From contig JALOBE010000006.1 in assembly GCA_023228425.1 (NCBI GenBank), positions 16,974 through 80,973 on the forward strand: a DNA stretch of 64,000 bases, written 5' to 3'. The notes beneath the pieces were generated by a model that was not told the origin of the DNA, made no database searches, and was given only the letters and a program-made list of their open reading frames with translations. Within the stretch, counting starts at the first letter, position 1. Every line of letters begins with the position of its first letter. The stretch comes from Syntrophales bacterium (GTDB taxonomy: Bacteria > Desulfobacterota > Syntrophia > Syntrophales > UBA2210). Shown here in pieces: positions 29,812 through 39,944 of the stretch. Both the position numbers and the translations under genes were made by a program.

Positions 29812-29990
29812 CGTTGTATTCCTCTCCTTGAAGCGAAATAGTTATTTTCCAGCCATTGTCAGCCCCCGGCCCTGCGCCGCCGGGGGTTCCCCGTACCCTG
29901 TAAGTTTTCCGGCTTGGTGCGAGTTCGTCAAACCTGCCGCATCAGGCGTTTGGAACACTCTTCGAGATACCAAAAAAGCGTGACACGGTA

Positions 29991-32648
29991 CTAGAACATC
30001 ATCCCGATGGTAAATTCCCACCTGCTGGGTGACTCCCCCTCCTTCCGGTCGAGGACATACCCCCACTCGAGACGGAAGGGTCCGATGGGTGAATTCCAGC
30101 GGACACCGGCCCCTGCGGTCTGCCGCATGTCGTCGAAGTGAAAGCCGCTCTCCCAGGAATTGCCCGTGTCGTAGAAGATGACACCCCGTATGCCGGCGTC
30201 TCTGAGGAGAGGGAAAAGGAACTCGGCGGTATAGACCATCATCGTTTTGCCCCCGATCACGTCCAGATTGTCCGGACTGCGGGGACCCACATCACGAAGC
30301 CCTCGAAGGCTTCCGATGCCGCCCAGATAGAAGCGCTCGTAAATGGGAACTTCCTTCCCCTCATTCCCGTGTATCAGCCCGAATTGAGCCGCCACGCTGA
30401 AGACATAATCACTGACGACCGGAAAGAACCAGCGGGTTTCACCGCTGTATCGGGTGAAACTCGCGTCACCCTGCAGGGGACCGCCCGTGAATTCGACGGC
30501 AACACTGTTTCTCGAACCACGCGACGGCATCATCCAGGGATGCCTGGTGTCCCGAACCAGTGTGATCGTCAAACCGCTCGACATGATTTTTCCCTCCTGG
30601 TCCCGCACAAAGCGAGAGGCATAGGGCGATATGTTTTTAACGATATTTTCAGACAGTCGGTAGCGGATGTAGCCGTCCACCCGTTCGAAAAGACGGTACC
30701 CCAGTGTTCCCGCCAGGCCTTTTGTATAGACGTCGTAGGTGTCGCGCTCCCGTTCCATTTTCCACAGCTCGGCCTTGCTCCAGAGAGGTATGTCGAAGAG
30801 CCAGGGCTCGATAAAGGAGATTTCGTAATTGGTGGTTGCCGATCCCACGTATCCCTTGGCGCTGATGGTCTGGCCCCGGCCGAACAGGTTGCGTTCCGCC
30901 ACTTCGGCCATGAAAATGACCTTGTCGATCGTACTGTAGCCCGCTCCGACGCTGAAAAGTCCCGTTGCCTTTTCGCTGACGTGGACATTGACGTCCATGA
31001 GAGATTCGTCGGCGCCCGGTTCGGTTTGAAAGTTGACTTCCTCGAAGTACTGAAGGCGGTTCAGACCTTCGTAACTGCCGGTAAGATTGTCCCGGCTGTA
31101 CAATTGTCCTTCTATGACGGCCAGTTCCCTGCGGATCACCTTGTCCCTGGTGCGGGTATTCCCGGTTATGGAAATTCTGTCGATGTGAACGATCCTGCCC
31201 TTTTCGATATGGTAGGTTATGTCGATCTTCTGCCTCTCGGGGCTCGGCACCGTTCGGGGAATCACGTTCGCGTAGGCGTATCCTTCGTTGTTGCAGGCTG
31301 TCGTCAGATACTCCATGTCCCTGATGATCGCTTCCCTGTCAAAAAAATCTTTCTTCCTGATCTCGAGACCGGTCATCAGGGTATCCCTGGAAACATCCAG
31401 TTCGTCCCCGGTGATGCCCACGTCTCCTACCTGATACTGGCGGCCTTCCTGAACAGGGATAGTTACGTATATCCATCGATCGTCAATGCTGATCTCGGGA
31501 TCTCCGATCTGTGCGTCGATGAAGCCGTTGTTATGATAGAAAACGGTCAGATTTTCTATGTCGGCCTGCAATTCAGTCCGGTTGTACAAGCCGGCATCGG
31601 TGAGAAAGCTGAAAATACCCCACTCGGATGCCTTCATCATCTTTTTCAGATCTTTATCGGTGTAAACCATGTTTCCTTCAAAGGATATGGTCCTGATGGA
31701 TGGTTTTCTATGCTCCACAATGGTGAAGGTAACATAGACATCCTGCCCTTCCGCGTCGGCCTCGGCCGTATAGGCTACCTCCACGTTCAGGTATCCCCGT
31801 TCCTTGTAGAGCAGTTCTATGTTCTCTGCATCGGTGTTGACTCTCTCGGGATTGAACATCTGGCGGGTTTTGGCGGAAATGACATCCCGTATGTCGTTTT
31901 CTTTTATCTTCCTGTTGCCTTCTATGAGTATCTGGGCAATACGGGGACGCTCGGTAACGGTAAAGGTAATGACCCGTCCCTCGGTTGAATCTTCCACGGA
32001 GGCGGCCACATCACTGAAAAAACCCATTCCGTAAATGGACCTGATGTCTTCCGAAAGAAGGCGCTGCGAAAAGAGTGTCCCCTTCACGCTCTGTATGACA
32101 TTGAGGATGGCTCCCTCCTCAATTCGCCGGTTTCCCTCGAAGCGAACCTCCGCCACCCGTTGGGCGGCAAAAAGGCGAAACAGCACCTCCTCGACCAGAT
32201 TCCGTGATATGGAGCCGACGCTTTCCAGCCCCCGGCCCTGGAAGTAGAGGTCGCGAATGGTCGACTCCCGTTCCACGTCAACCACCTGGACATCGGTGCT
32301 GATCAGGTTCCCCAGCCGGGTCAGGCTTCCCATGATCACATAATCGACCTCCAGGTCCTTCCCCACGGAGAGCGCGAGGGCTTCCGTAACGGTGCGACCA
32401 CCTATACGGTCAGTGACCGCTTCCTCTTCCGCCACTCTCACATAGGGTTGTCTTAAAAGCTCCGTCGTGATGTCGTCGGAAAGGCGCTCCTTGAGATAGG
32501 ACGCGTCGGTATCGCTGTATATGTGGAATGGAAATACCGCTATTTTTTTTGTTTCTTCCGCACCGGCAACGGAAAAACAGAGAAACGCCGACAGGAGAAG
32601 GAATACCACCAGGGATTTGAGGTGATTACAGGACATGCAATGTACCAT
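29991..32648 (-). CDS. bamA: outer membrane protein assembly factor BamA with an N-terminal extra domain
   Basis: 885 aa. It has a signal peptide, POTRA repeats starting near '[13 protein letters not shown]', and a C-terminal beta-barrel ending '[10 protein letters not shown]'. About 130 aa precede POTRA1 (see findings). Confidence 0.9.
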   Translation of the reverse strand: MVHCMSCNHLKSLVVFLLLSAFLCFSVAGAEETKKIAVFPFHIYSDTDASYLKERLSDDITTELLRQPYVRVAEEEAVTDRIGGRTVTEALALSVGKDLEVDYVIMGSLTRLGNLISTDVQVVDVERESTIRDLYFQGRGLESVGSISRNLVEEVLFRLFAAQRVAEVRFEGNRRIEEGAILNVIQSVKGTLFSQRLLSEDIRSIYGMGFFSDVAASVEDSTEGRVITFTVTERPRIAQILIEGNRKIKENDIRDVISAKTRQMFNPERVNTDAENIELLYKERGYLNVEVAYTAEADAEGQDVYVTFTIVEHRKPSIRTISFEGNMVYTDKDLKKMMKASEWGIFSFLTDAGLYNRTELQADIENLTVFYHNNGFIDAQIGDPEISIDDRWIYVTIPVQEGRQYQVGDVGITGDELDVSRDTLMTGLEIRKKDFFDREAIIRDMEYLTTACNNEGYAYANVIPRTVPSPERQKIDITYHIEKGRIVHIDRISITGNTRTRDKVIRRELAVIEGQLYSRDNLTGSYEGLNRLQYFEEVNFQTEPGADESLMDVNVHVSEKATGLFSVGAGYSTIDKVIFMAEVAERNLFGRGQTISAKGYVGSATTNYEISFIEPWLFDIPLWSKAELWKMERERDTYDVYTKGLAGTLGYRLFERVDGYIRYRLSENIVKNISPYASRFVRDQEGKIMSSGLTITLVRDTRHPWMMPSRGSRNSVAVEFTGGPLQGDASFTRYSGETRWFFPVVSDYVFSVAAQFGLIHGNEGKEVPIYERFYLGGIGSLRGLRDVGPRSPDNLDVIGGKTMMVYTAEFLFPLLRDAGIRGVIFYDTGNSWESGFHFDDMRQTAGAGVRWNSPIGPFRLEWGYVLDRKEGESPSRWEFTIGMMF

Positions 32649-33300
32649 CCTTCAGAGTTACGGTGCGCGACATGCGACCGGCCATGGAAGTATTGTGGGT
32701 CACGACGACCAGCGTGGTTCCCCGCTCCCGATTCAATTGAAGCAGTAACTCGATGATCTTCCGCCCCGTTGCCGCGTCCAGGTTGCCCGTGGGCTCATCG
32801 GCAAGAAGTATGGCGGGCTCCATGATCATCGCGCGCGCCACGGCCACTCGCTGTTGTTCCCCCCCTGACAGTTCTCCCGGTTTGTGCGATAACCTATCAC
32901 CAAGTCCCACCTCAGTCAAGGCAATCTCCGCTTTGAGCAGAGCTTCCCCGCGGGGCATACCGGCGATGCAGGCGGGCATCATGGCGTTCTCGGCGGCGGT
33001 AAATTCGGGAAGCAGGTGATGGAATTGAAAGACGAAGCCTATCCTGCGGTTTCTGAACCGTGCCCGTGTCCGTTCGTCCCCGGCAAAAGCGTCGATACCG
33101 TCGTAGAAGACCGAACCGCTCGAGGGATGATCAAGGAGGCCGAGTATCTGCAGGAGAGTGGTTTTTCCCGACCCCGACACGCCCAGGACGGCCAGGGTTT
33201 CGCCGGAGGCGATGTCAAGATCGATGCCTCTGAGAACCTTGACGGTCATGCTGTCCTTGACGAATGTCCTGGTTATTGCTTTCATCGATACCATTACCAC
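32626..33300 (-). CDS. lolD: lipoprotein-releasing ABC transporter ATP-binding protein
   Basis: 224 aa. It has Walker A 'GVSGSGKTT', the signature 'LSGGEQQR' and Walker B 'ILLADEPTG'. It is adjacent to the LolC/E-type permease. Confidence 0.85.
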   Translation of the reverse strand: MVMVSMKAITRTFVKDSMTVKVLRGIDLDIASGETLAVLGVSGSGKTTLLQILGLLDHPSSGSVFYDGIDAFAGDERTRARFRNRRIGFVFQFHHLLPEFTAAENAMMPACIAGMPRGEALLKAEIALTEVGLGDRLSHKPGELSGGEQQRVAVARAMIMEPAILLADEPTGNLDAATGRKIIELLLQLNRERGTTLVVVTHNTSMAGRMSRTVTLKDGTLHVL

Positions 33301-33306
33301 GGGCTC

Positions 33307-34569
33307 CTATTCGTACCGAAGGGCTTCCGCCGGATCGAGCCGGGACGCGGTCCACGCGGGATATAGGGATGCCGCGAAGCACAGCACCAGGGTAATCAGA
33401 ACGATGAGGGCCACATCGGGATAATTCACCTGTGAGGGAAGCGTAGGGAAGTAATAGACGTCCTTGGGGAGAACGGTAATGCCGAACACCCTCTCGACAA
33501 AGGCCGCGACGGATTCGATGTTCCGGGCGATCAGGACTCCGGCGACACATCCCAGGAACGTACCCACGGAGCCGATGATGAGGCCCTGTATCATGAATAT
33601 TTTCATGATACTGCCCCTGGTGGCTCCCATGGATTTCAGGATCGCGATGTCACCGGTCTTTTCCATGACCGACATGATAAGTGTAATAATGATGTTAAAG
33701 GCGGCCACCAGCACGATAAGGCTCAAAATGATGAACATGACGGTCCGTTCCAGCTTGAGCGCCGAAAAAAGATTCCTGTTCATCTCCATCCAGGTCCGCG
33801 CCCGGTAGGGATAGCCGAGCCGCTCTTCGATCTTGCCGGCCACTTCCCCGGCGCGGTATATGGAGTCTATTTTGATTTCCACTCCGGTTACAGCGTCTCC
33901 CGTGTTGAGAAACCGCTTGCTGTCTGAAAGGGACAGAAAGGTCAGCGTCGAGTCATATTCATAGAATCCGGACTCGAAGATGCCCGCCACGGTGAACTTC
34001 TGGATGCGGGGCATGGTGCCCATGGGCGTGGGAATCCCCATGGGAAGGAGCACCTCGACCTCGTCTCCGTACCGGGCTCCCAGGATGCCTGCAAGCTCCC
34101 TGCCGATGACGACGGGAGGAAGATCACCACCCTCGATGGCGGTCGCGTCATCGGCAAGGGCGGACATGTCGCCCGCCGTCATCGATCCAACGGTAATTAC
34201 CGAAAGAGCGCTCTCCGGCGCGATACCCCGAAGCACTGTACCGGTAACGCGGTTTCCCTTCTTCACCATGGCCTGTCCGTACACGAAGGGTGTTGACGCC
34301 ACGACCCGGTCCAGGTGCTTCACCTCGTCCATCACCTGCCGGTACTCCTCCATGGAACCGTCAAGACGCATGAGAAGAATGTGCGAGTTGATACCCAGTA
34401 TCTTGTTGCGAAGCTCGGTCTCAAAACCGCTCATGACGGACAGGACAATGATCAGCGCCGCCACTCCGAGAAAGATGCCCAGGGTGGAAATGAGCGTGTT
34501 GACGGAGATGATGGTCTGCTTGCGTTTTGCCCTGAGATACCTGATGCTGACGAACAGTTCATAACCCAT
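33307..34569 (-). CDS. lolC: lipoprotein-releasing system permease (LolC/E, FtsX-like)
   Basis: 420 aa. It has the MacB/FtsX topology with a large periplasmic loop, and it ends 'DPAEALRYE'. Confidence 0.85.
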   Translation of the reverse strand: MGYELFVSIRYLRAKRKQTIISVNTLISTLGIFLGVAALIIVLSVMSGFETELRNKILGINSHILLMRLDGSMEEYRQVMDEVKHLDRVVASTPFVYGQAMVKKGNRVTGTVLRGIAPESALSVITVGSMTAGDMSALADDATAIEGGDLPPVVIGRELAGILGARYGDEVEVLLPMGIPTPMGTMPRIQKFTVAGIFESGFYEYDSTLTFLSLSDSKRFLNTGDAVTGVEIKIDSIYRAGEVAGKIEERLGYPYRARTWMEMNRNLFSALKLERTVMFIILSLIVLVAAFNIIITLIMSVMEKTGDIAILKSMGATRGSIMKIFMIQGLIIGSVGTFLGCVAGVLIARNIESVAAFVERVFGITVLPKDVYYFPTLPSQVNYPDVALIVLITLVLCFAASLYPAWTASRLDPAEALRYE

Positions 34570-34592
34570 GGGGGTATTGTACCTTTTCCCGA

Positions 34593-36083
34593 TCAGGCCC
34601 TTTTGGTCTTTGACCGCATATGAGGAAAGAGGATGACATCCCTGATCGAAGGCGAATCCGTGAAAAGCATGACGAGCCTGTCGATTCCGATTCCTTCCCC
34701 GGCCGTGGGAGGCATTCCGTACTCCAGGGCCGTGATATAATCGTCATCCATGTCGTGGGCTTCCTCGTCACCGGACTCCTTTTCCGCAAGCTGATTCATG
34801 AACCGTTCTCTCTGGTCATCGGGATCGTTCAATTCTGAAAAGGCGTTGGCTATCTCGCGCCCCTGGATAAACAGCTCAAAACGGTCGACGTGGTCACTGT
34901 CATCGGAGCTTCTCCTGGACAAGGGGGAAACCTCGACGGGGTAGCGGGTGATGAAGGTCGGCTGGACAAGCTGTTCTTCCACAGTCTGCTCGAAAATAGC
35001 CACGATAATTTTCCCCGCGGGATCGGCATCGTTGACGGGTACATTCAGACGTCGCGCTTCCGCGAGCAGCGTTTCTTTCGAATCCAGGCGTTCCTGCGGA
35101 ACATCGGCAAAGGTGGTGATAGCCTCCCGCAGGGTAAACCGCCGCCAGGGCGGCGTAAAGTCGATATCCACCCCCTGGGAGGTAAACGTTAAAGACCCGA
35201 AGATACTGCGGGCGATGAAGGTCAGCAGTTCTTCCGTCAGGGTCATCAGGTCCTCATAGGTCGCGTAGGCTTGGTAGAATTCCATCATGGTAAATTCAGG
35301 ATTGTGCAGAACGGAGATCCCCTCGTTTCTGAAACTGCGGTTGATTTCGAATACCCGTTCCATGCCTCCCACGACCAGGCGTTTCAGATACAGTTCCGGG
35401 GCAATGCGCAGAAAGAGGTCCATGTCCAGGGTGTTGTGATAGGTCTTGAAGGGGCGAGCCGTCGCTCCCCCCGCTATGGGATGCATCATGGGGGTTTCCA
35501 CCTCGAGAAAGTCCCGTTCCAGCATGAATTGCCGTATGAGATGTATGATCCTGCTCCGTATGATAAAGGTTTCTTTTACGGCCGGGTTCATGATGAGATC
35601 CAGGTAGCGCCGGCGGTAGCGCATCTCGACGTCCGTCAGGCCGTGCCATTTTTCAGGCAGGGGCCGCATTGCCTTCGAGAGGAGCCTGAGCACATCGGCG
35701 TCAATGGTCAACTCCCCCGTTTTTGTCCTGAACAACCGTCCCGCGACGAACAGTATGTCGCCCACGTCGAACTTCCTGAACAAGCCGTAAAAATCGTCGC
35801 CGACCTTCTCTTTCCTCACGTAAACCTGGATGCGCCCCGTCCTGTCCTGAATACTTATGAACGAGGCCTTCCCGAAGACCCTTCTGGCCATGATCCTGCC
35901 CGCGATCCGGAAGGTCTCCTTCACCCGGGACAGGGCGTCCTCATCGGCATCGCCATAGTATTCAAGAATTTCGGCGGCACTGTGCTCGACCTTTACGTCA
36001 TTGGGGTACAGCTCGATGCCTGCGGCCCTGAGTTCCTCCGCTTTTTCCCGTTTTATTCTCAACAGATCGCTGGTGTCTTCCAT
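34593..36083 (-). CDS. lysS: lysine--tRNA ligase (class II)
   Basis: It has an OB-fold N-terminus and class II motifs 'FRNEG', 'EFTMMEFYQAY' and 'GIGIDRLVM'. ATG 36083 is preferred; the track start at 36122 is also possible. Confidence 0.95.
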   Translation of the reverse strand: MEDTSDLLRIKREKAEELRAAGIELYPNDVKVEHSAAEILEYYGDADEDALSRVKETFRIAGRIMARRVFGKASFISIQDRTGRIQVYVRKEKVGDDFYGLFRKFDVGDILFVAGRLFRTKTGELTIDADVLRLLSKAMRPLPEKWHGLTDVEMRYRRRYLDLIMNPAVKETFIIRSRIIHLIRQFMLERDFLEVETPMMHPIAGGATARPFKTYHNTLDMDLFLRIAPELYLKRLVVGGMERVFEINRSFRNEGISVLHNPEFTMMEFYQAYATYEDLMTLTEELLTFIARSIFGSLTFTSQGVDIDFTPPWRRFTLREAITTFADVPQERLDSKETLLAEARRLNVPVNDADPAGKIIVAIFEQTVEEQLVQPTFITRYPVEVSPLSRRSSDDSDHVDRFELFIQGREIANAFSELNDPDDQRERFMNQLAEKESGDEEAHDMDDDYITALEYGMPPTAGEGIGIDRLVMLFTDSPSIRDVILFPHMRSKTKRA

Positions 36084-36411
36084 GGTGCTTCGTTCCTGTT
36101 CGCGGGAATGTTTCCCTCTCAATTTCAGTGCCCGGAAAGCGCCCGTCGTTCCGGGTTCCGTAAGGAGGTTTACCTATCTGTTTTAACGGGAGCAGTCAAG
36201 GTATTTGACGACTTCATGAAAGCCGCCGGGGGGCGTCCCGCGGGCTCCCACCCGGAGCACACAAAAAGGATGGGGGATTATCATGAGAAAATGATTGACA
36301 AAAGTTCCCAGCGATACTAGCATGCCCTGTTGTTTCAGGGGTCTCCGGTCTTCCCGGAACGACCCCTGTTCGTTTTCCATTTGATGTACTGACACTTCCC
36401 GGACGAACTGT

Positions 36412-37395
36412 ATGAAAAAAATGCTTTCAAAAAAACGGGCCCTCGAAATACTCGATCGATTTCCCCTGTCCCGGGTACTTGTCATCGGCGATATCATGGC
36501 GGACCACTTCATCTGGGGCAAGGTTACCCGCATTTCGCCGGAGGCTCCGGTACCGGTGGTCAGCGTCACCTCGGAAAGTCTTCTCCTCGGAGGCGCGGCA
36601 AACGTACTGAACAATGTGTTTTCCCTGGGGGGCAGGGCCTTCATCGCCGGCATCGCGGGCAGGGATGAGATGGGCTCCTGGATCAGGGAGCGACTCAGGG
36701 AAATGAAGGTCGATACGGATGGGATCATCATAACACCGGACCGTCCGACAAGTGTGAAAACAAGGGTCATCGCCCACAGCCAGCAGGTGGTCCGCTTCGA
36801 CAGGGAGGACAGGAACCCCGTCGGCGCGGGGGCACGAAAAAAGATCGCGGGGTATCTGGAGTCGATGCTTGATGATATCGAGGCTGTTGTCATATCGGAT
36901 TACAACAAGGGCCTGGTCTCGGAGGAGCTTCTCCACAGGATACGGAACCTCTGTTCCGGGGCGGGGATACCGCTCTTCATCGACCCGAAAAAGAACGGAT
37001 TCTCCCTCTATCGTGACTGCGGCCTGATGACGCCGAACCAGGCTGAGGCCGCCATGGCCCTGGGTATGGACATCAACACCCGTGACGATCTGGTCCGGGC
37101 CGGGCGCCGGCTGCTTGAAGAGTACCACCTCAAGGGGGTCCTTATCACGCGGGGGGAGGAGGGAATGGCTCTCTTCGAGGACAACGGCGCCATCACCCAT
37201 ATCCCCGCCGTGGCGAAGGAAGTCTTCGATGTGACCGGAGCGGGAGATACGGTCATAGGAACCTTCGCCCTGGCGACCACCGCGGGCGCCACCGCCAGGG
37301 AGGCGGCTGTGCTGGCGAACCACGCGGCCGGAATCGCGGTCGGCAAGGTTGGAACTGCAACGGTTACACGGGAGGAACTGCTCCGGGTTCTCTGA
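36412..37395 (+). CDS. hldA: D-glycero-beta-D-manno-heptose-7-phosphate kinase (HldE kinase-domain-only, PfkB family)
   Basis: 327 aa. It has 'VLVIGDIMADHFIWG', 'GGAANV' and 'DVTGAGDTVIG'. There is no adenylyltransferase domain. Confidence 0.8.
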   Translation: MKKMLSKKRALEILDRFPLSRVLVIGDIMADHFIWGKVTRISPEAPVPVVSVTSESLLLGGAANVLNNVFSLGGRAFIAGIAGRDEMGSWIRERLREMKVDTDGIIITPDRPTSVKTRVIAHSQQVVRFDREDRNPVGAGARKKIAGYLESMLDDIEAVVISDYNKGLVSEELLHRIRNLCSGAGIPLFIDPKKNGFSLYRDCGLMTPNQAEAAMALGMDINTRDDLVRAGRRLLEEYHLKGVLITRGEEGMALFEDNGAITHIPAVAKEVFDVTGAGDTVIGTFALATTAGATAREAAVLANHAAGIAVGKVGTATVTREELLRVL

Positions 37396-37453
37396 AATGG
37401 AACCCCCTCCCGGCGGACAGCCCGCATTCACAGACTATCCAGGTGACCATGTC

Positions 37454-38005
37454 ATGAGCCTTTTGAGCCGGCCCGATCCGGTTAAGCTGGTAGCAAGCAT
37501 GATCTTTAGGGAAAGTGACTGGGTCACGCGGGCAATCGACGGCATGTCGGACGTTTATGGTAAACCGGACTACATCAGCACCGTCATGCCCTTTGACTAT
37601 ACTGATTATTACACGGCGGAAATGGGCGCGGGGCTGAAGCGGCGTGTAGTTTCCTTTGAATCCCTTATTTCGCCCGACGGGCTTCCGGCTGTCAAGAAAT
37701 CGACCAATGGCGTGGAGGCGGCCCTGTCGCGCAAGGACAGGAGACGTGTGAACATCGATCCGGGCTGCCTATCGACGGGACACCTGCTCCTCGCCACGGG
37801 AAAACCCTATGCCCACAGACCCTACCTGGGCGACGGCGTGTACGGTGACCTGACACTGATCTACCGCGGCGGGTTTTTTCAGGAGTTGCCGTGGACCTAT
37901 CCCGATTACCGGGAACCGTCGATGATCAGCATGCTCGCAAGAATACGGGAAAAATATCTGAAGCAGCTGGCGGCCGTGAAACGAAACCCGGAGGAGACAG
38001 CATGA
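37454..38005 (+). CDS. conserved hypothetical protein, DUF4416-like
   Basis: 183 aa. 'FDYTDYYTAEMG', 'VNIDPGCL' and 'WTYPDY' resemble the DUF4416 consensus as recalled from memory. ATG 37454 is preferred over track start 37349, which overlaps hldA. Confidence 0.5.
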   Translation: MSLLSRPDPVKLVASMIFRESDWVTRAIDGMSDVYGKPDYISTVMPFDYTDYYTAEMGAGLKRRVVSFESLISPDGLPAVKKSTNGVEAALSRKDRRRVNIDPGCLSTGHLLLATGKPYAHRPYLGDGVYGDLTLIYRGGFFQELPWTYPDYREPSMISMLARIREKYLKQLAAVKRNPEETA

Positions 38006-38886
38006 TACGGAGCATGACCGGTTACGGCAGATCCGAAACGACCTGCGGCACTGCCGCGGTGATCATCGAGATCAAGTCCTTTAACCACCGCAACCTGGAG
38101 ATCACCACCAGAGTTCCGGGCAGTCTCGGCGCCCTCGAACTGCTGATCAGGAAAAAAATTGCCCAGTGCCTGTCCCGGGGCAGGATCGAACTGGTGATGC
38201 GCCTCGAGACGGACCGGGAGGGTACCGACGTCAGCGTGCTGAAGGCCGATCTTCCCCTTATCAGGGATTACTTCGACACTCTGTCACGGGTCAGGGACGA
38301 ACTGGCACTGCCCGATCCCATAACGCTGGAGATGGTTACGTCAATAAAAAACGGCATCTACGCTTCTGAACAGGAATACGACGACCCCGACATCCGGTCC
38401 TCCATTGAAAAAGGCGTCGATGAGGCTTTGGCGGCTCTCATGGAGATGAAGGAGCAGGAAGGGTCGATCCTCTACAGGGATTTCACAGACAGGATCGACC
38501 GTATACAGCAATGGCTGGATGCCGTCACCGCCCGGGTTCCCCGGGTCGTGGCGGAATATCGGCAGCGTCTGGTGGAGCGCCTGAAAACGCTGGCGTCGGA
38601 AATAGAAATCGATGAGGCGAGACTGGCCCAGGAAATAGTATTCATGGCCGAGAAGAGCGACATAACTGAGGAGCTTGTCCGCCTGGACAGCCACATCAGC
38701 CAGTTCAGGGACCTACTGGACGCGTCGGAACCTTCCGGACGCAGACTGGACTTTATCTTCCAGGAAATGCATAGGGAAATCAATACGATAGGATCGAAGA
38801 GCGGTGATCTCGAGATTGCGCGAACCGTCATCGACGTTAAGACCGAACTTGCCAAATTACGGGAACAGGTTCAAAATATCGAATAG
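38002..38886 (+). CDS. yicC: YicC-family (UPF0701) stress-induced protein / putative endoribonuclease
   Basis: It starts 'MIRSMTGYGRSE', has 'IEIKSFNHR' and ends '...FIFQEMHREINTIGSKS...REQVQNIE'. Its ATGA start overlaps the preceding gene's stop. Confidence 0.85.
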   Translation: MIRSMTGYGRSETTCGTAAVIIEIKSFNHRNLEITTRVPGSLGALELLIRKKIAQCLSRGRIELVMRLETDREGTDVSVLKADLPLIRDYFDTLSRVRDELALPDPITLEMVTSIKNGIYASEQEYDDPDIRSSIEKGVDEALAALMEMKEQEGSILYRDFTDRIDRIQQWLDAVTARVPRVVAEYRQRLVERLKTLASEIEIDEARLAQEIVFMAEKSDITEELVRLDSHISQFRDLLDASEPSGRRLDFIFQEMHREINTIGSKSGDLEIARTVIDVKTELAKLREQVQNIE

Positions 38887-38910
38887 CAGGAACGCTGCGG
38901 CAGCAACGGA

Positions 38911-39678
38911 ATGCATCCAGGGGGGATCATGAAACAGGATACGACGGATACGCAGGGGTGTATCGGCCTGCTGCGGATGTTCGCCCGGTCTTTGCTGATA
39001 AGCGCCTCCTGGAATTATTCGCGGATGCAGAACCTGGGGTTTGCCTTCGTCCTGGCTCCCCTGGCCGAGTCACGGGGTTCGAAGAGGGCCGAATTTCTTG
39101 TCACCCACCTGGATTCATTCAGTTCCCACCCCGTCATGTCGTCGCTGATCGTCGGGTCGGTCCTGAAGCATGAAGAAGCACTCCGGAATGCCGACGCCGT
39201 CCGGCTGAAGCAATCACTCGCGGCCCCTTATGCCGGTCTCGGAGTCCCCTTTTTCTGGGGATCACTCAGGCCGCTGGCATCCATTCTGGGAGTCGCTGCG
39301 GCTCTGACGGGCTCTCTTCCGGCACCGGCGACGGTACTGATCGCCTACAATGCCGTCCACGGACATGTACGGATAACGGGATTCATCAGGGCATACCGGG
39401 ACGGAGCGGGCGCCATGGATTTCCTCAGAAGGATCGACATGCCCGAATGGGGAAAGAAGATACGATGGCTATCTTGTGTGGTGCTGGCGTTTCTCGGAGC
39501 GGGCTTTCTTTCCGGCCCCCTCTTCCGGAGCCCGGAATACCTGCCCGGACCGGTCGGCGCCCTGATGGTGCTTGCCGCCATCATGCTCTTTCGCGGCCTC
39601 GTTGTATTGAGAATTCCCGTGCTGGCAATTCTCTATGGATTCTCGCTGATCACGATACTCGCTGCCGGCCTGCTATGA
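38911..39678 (+). CDS. PTS mannose-family EIID-like membrane protein (short, orphan)
   Basis: 255 aa. 'SWNYSRMQNLGFAFVLAPL', 'HLDSFSSHPVMSSLIVG' and 'GLGVPFFWGSLRP' run parallel to E. coli ManZ 'SWNFERMQALGFCF', 'HLEFFNTHPYVA' and 'GVGDPIFWGTVRP' (recalled from memory). Confidence 0.65.
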   Translation: MHPGGIMKQDTTDTQGCIGLLRMFARSLLISASWNYSRMQNLGFAFVLAPLAESRGSKRAEFLVTHLDSFSSHPVMSSLIVGSVLKHEEALRNADAVRLKQSLAAPYAGLGVPFFWGSLRPLASILGVAAALTGSLPAPATVLIAYNAVHGHVRITGFIRAYRDGAGAMDFLRRIDMPEWGKKIRWLSCVVLAFLGAGFLSGPLFRSPEYLPGPVGALMVLAAIMLFRGLVVLRIPVLAILYGFSLITILAAGLL

Positions 39679-39944
39679 AACGTGTACAAGCTTTTACACT
39701 CAAGAACGAACTGGGCCTTCACGCCAGGGTTGCCGCGACGCTGGTCAATACGGCGAAACGATTCAAGGCCCGGATCACCTATGAACGGGATGGAATCATC
39801 GTGGACGGGAAAAGCATCCTGGGCATTCTGACCCTTGCCTGCCCGAAGGGCGGGCGAATCATCATCGTAGCCGACGGACCGGACTCGGCTGAGGCCATGA
39901 AGGCCTTCGAGACACTTATTGAAGATAAATTCGGAGAAGAATAG
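39675..39944 (+). CDS. ptsH: phosphocarrier protein HPr
   Basis: 89 aa. It has the active-site His in 'LGLHARVAA' and the regulatory Ser in 'GKSILGIL'. Its ATGA start overlaps the EIID-like gene's stop. Confidence 0.9.
   Translation: MKRVQAFTLKNELGLHARVAATLVNTAKRFKARITYERDGIIVDGKSILGILTLACPKGGRIIIVADGPDSAEAMKAFETLIEDKFGEE

Noticed and set aside
30138-31988. 616-aa ORF on the plus strand
   Set aside because: It is entirely antisense to bamA, whose identity is unambiguous. No motifs were found.
39447-39944. 165-aa version of the HPr ORF, with similar 5'-extended track ORFs for metG (8244), gap (11397), holB (6405), yicC (37891), DUF4416-like (37349) and porB (58585)
   Set aside because: The extensions overlap the upstream gene in another frame and add non-homologous residues. 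The internal starts have RBSs or ATGA coupling and match the family N-termini.
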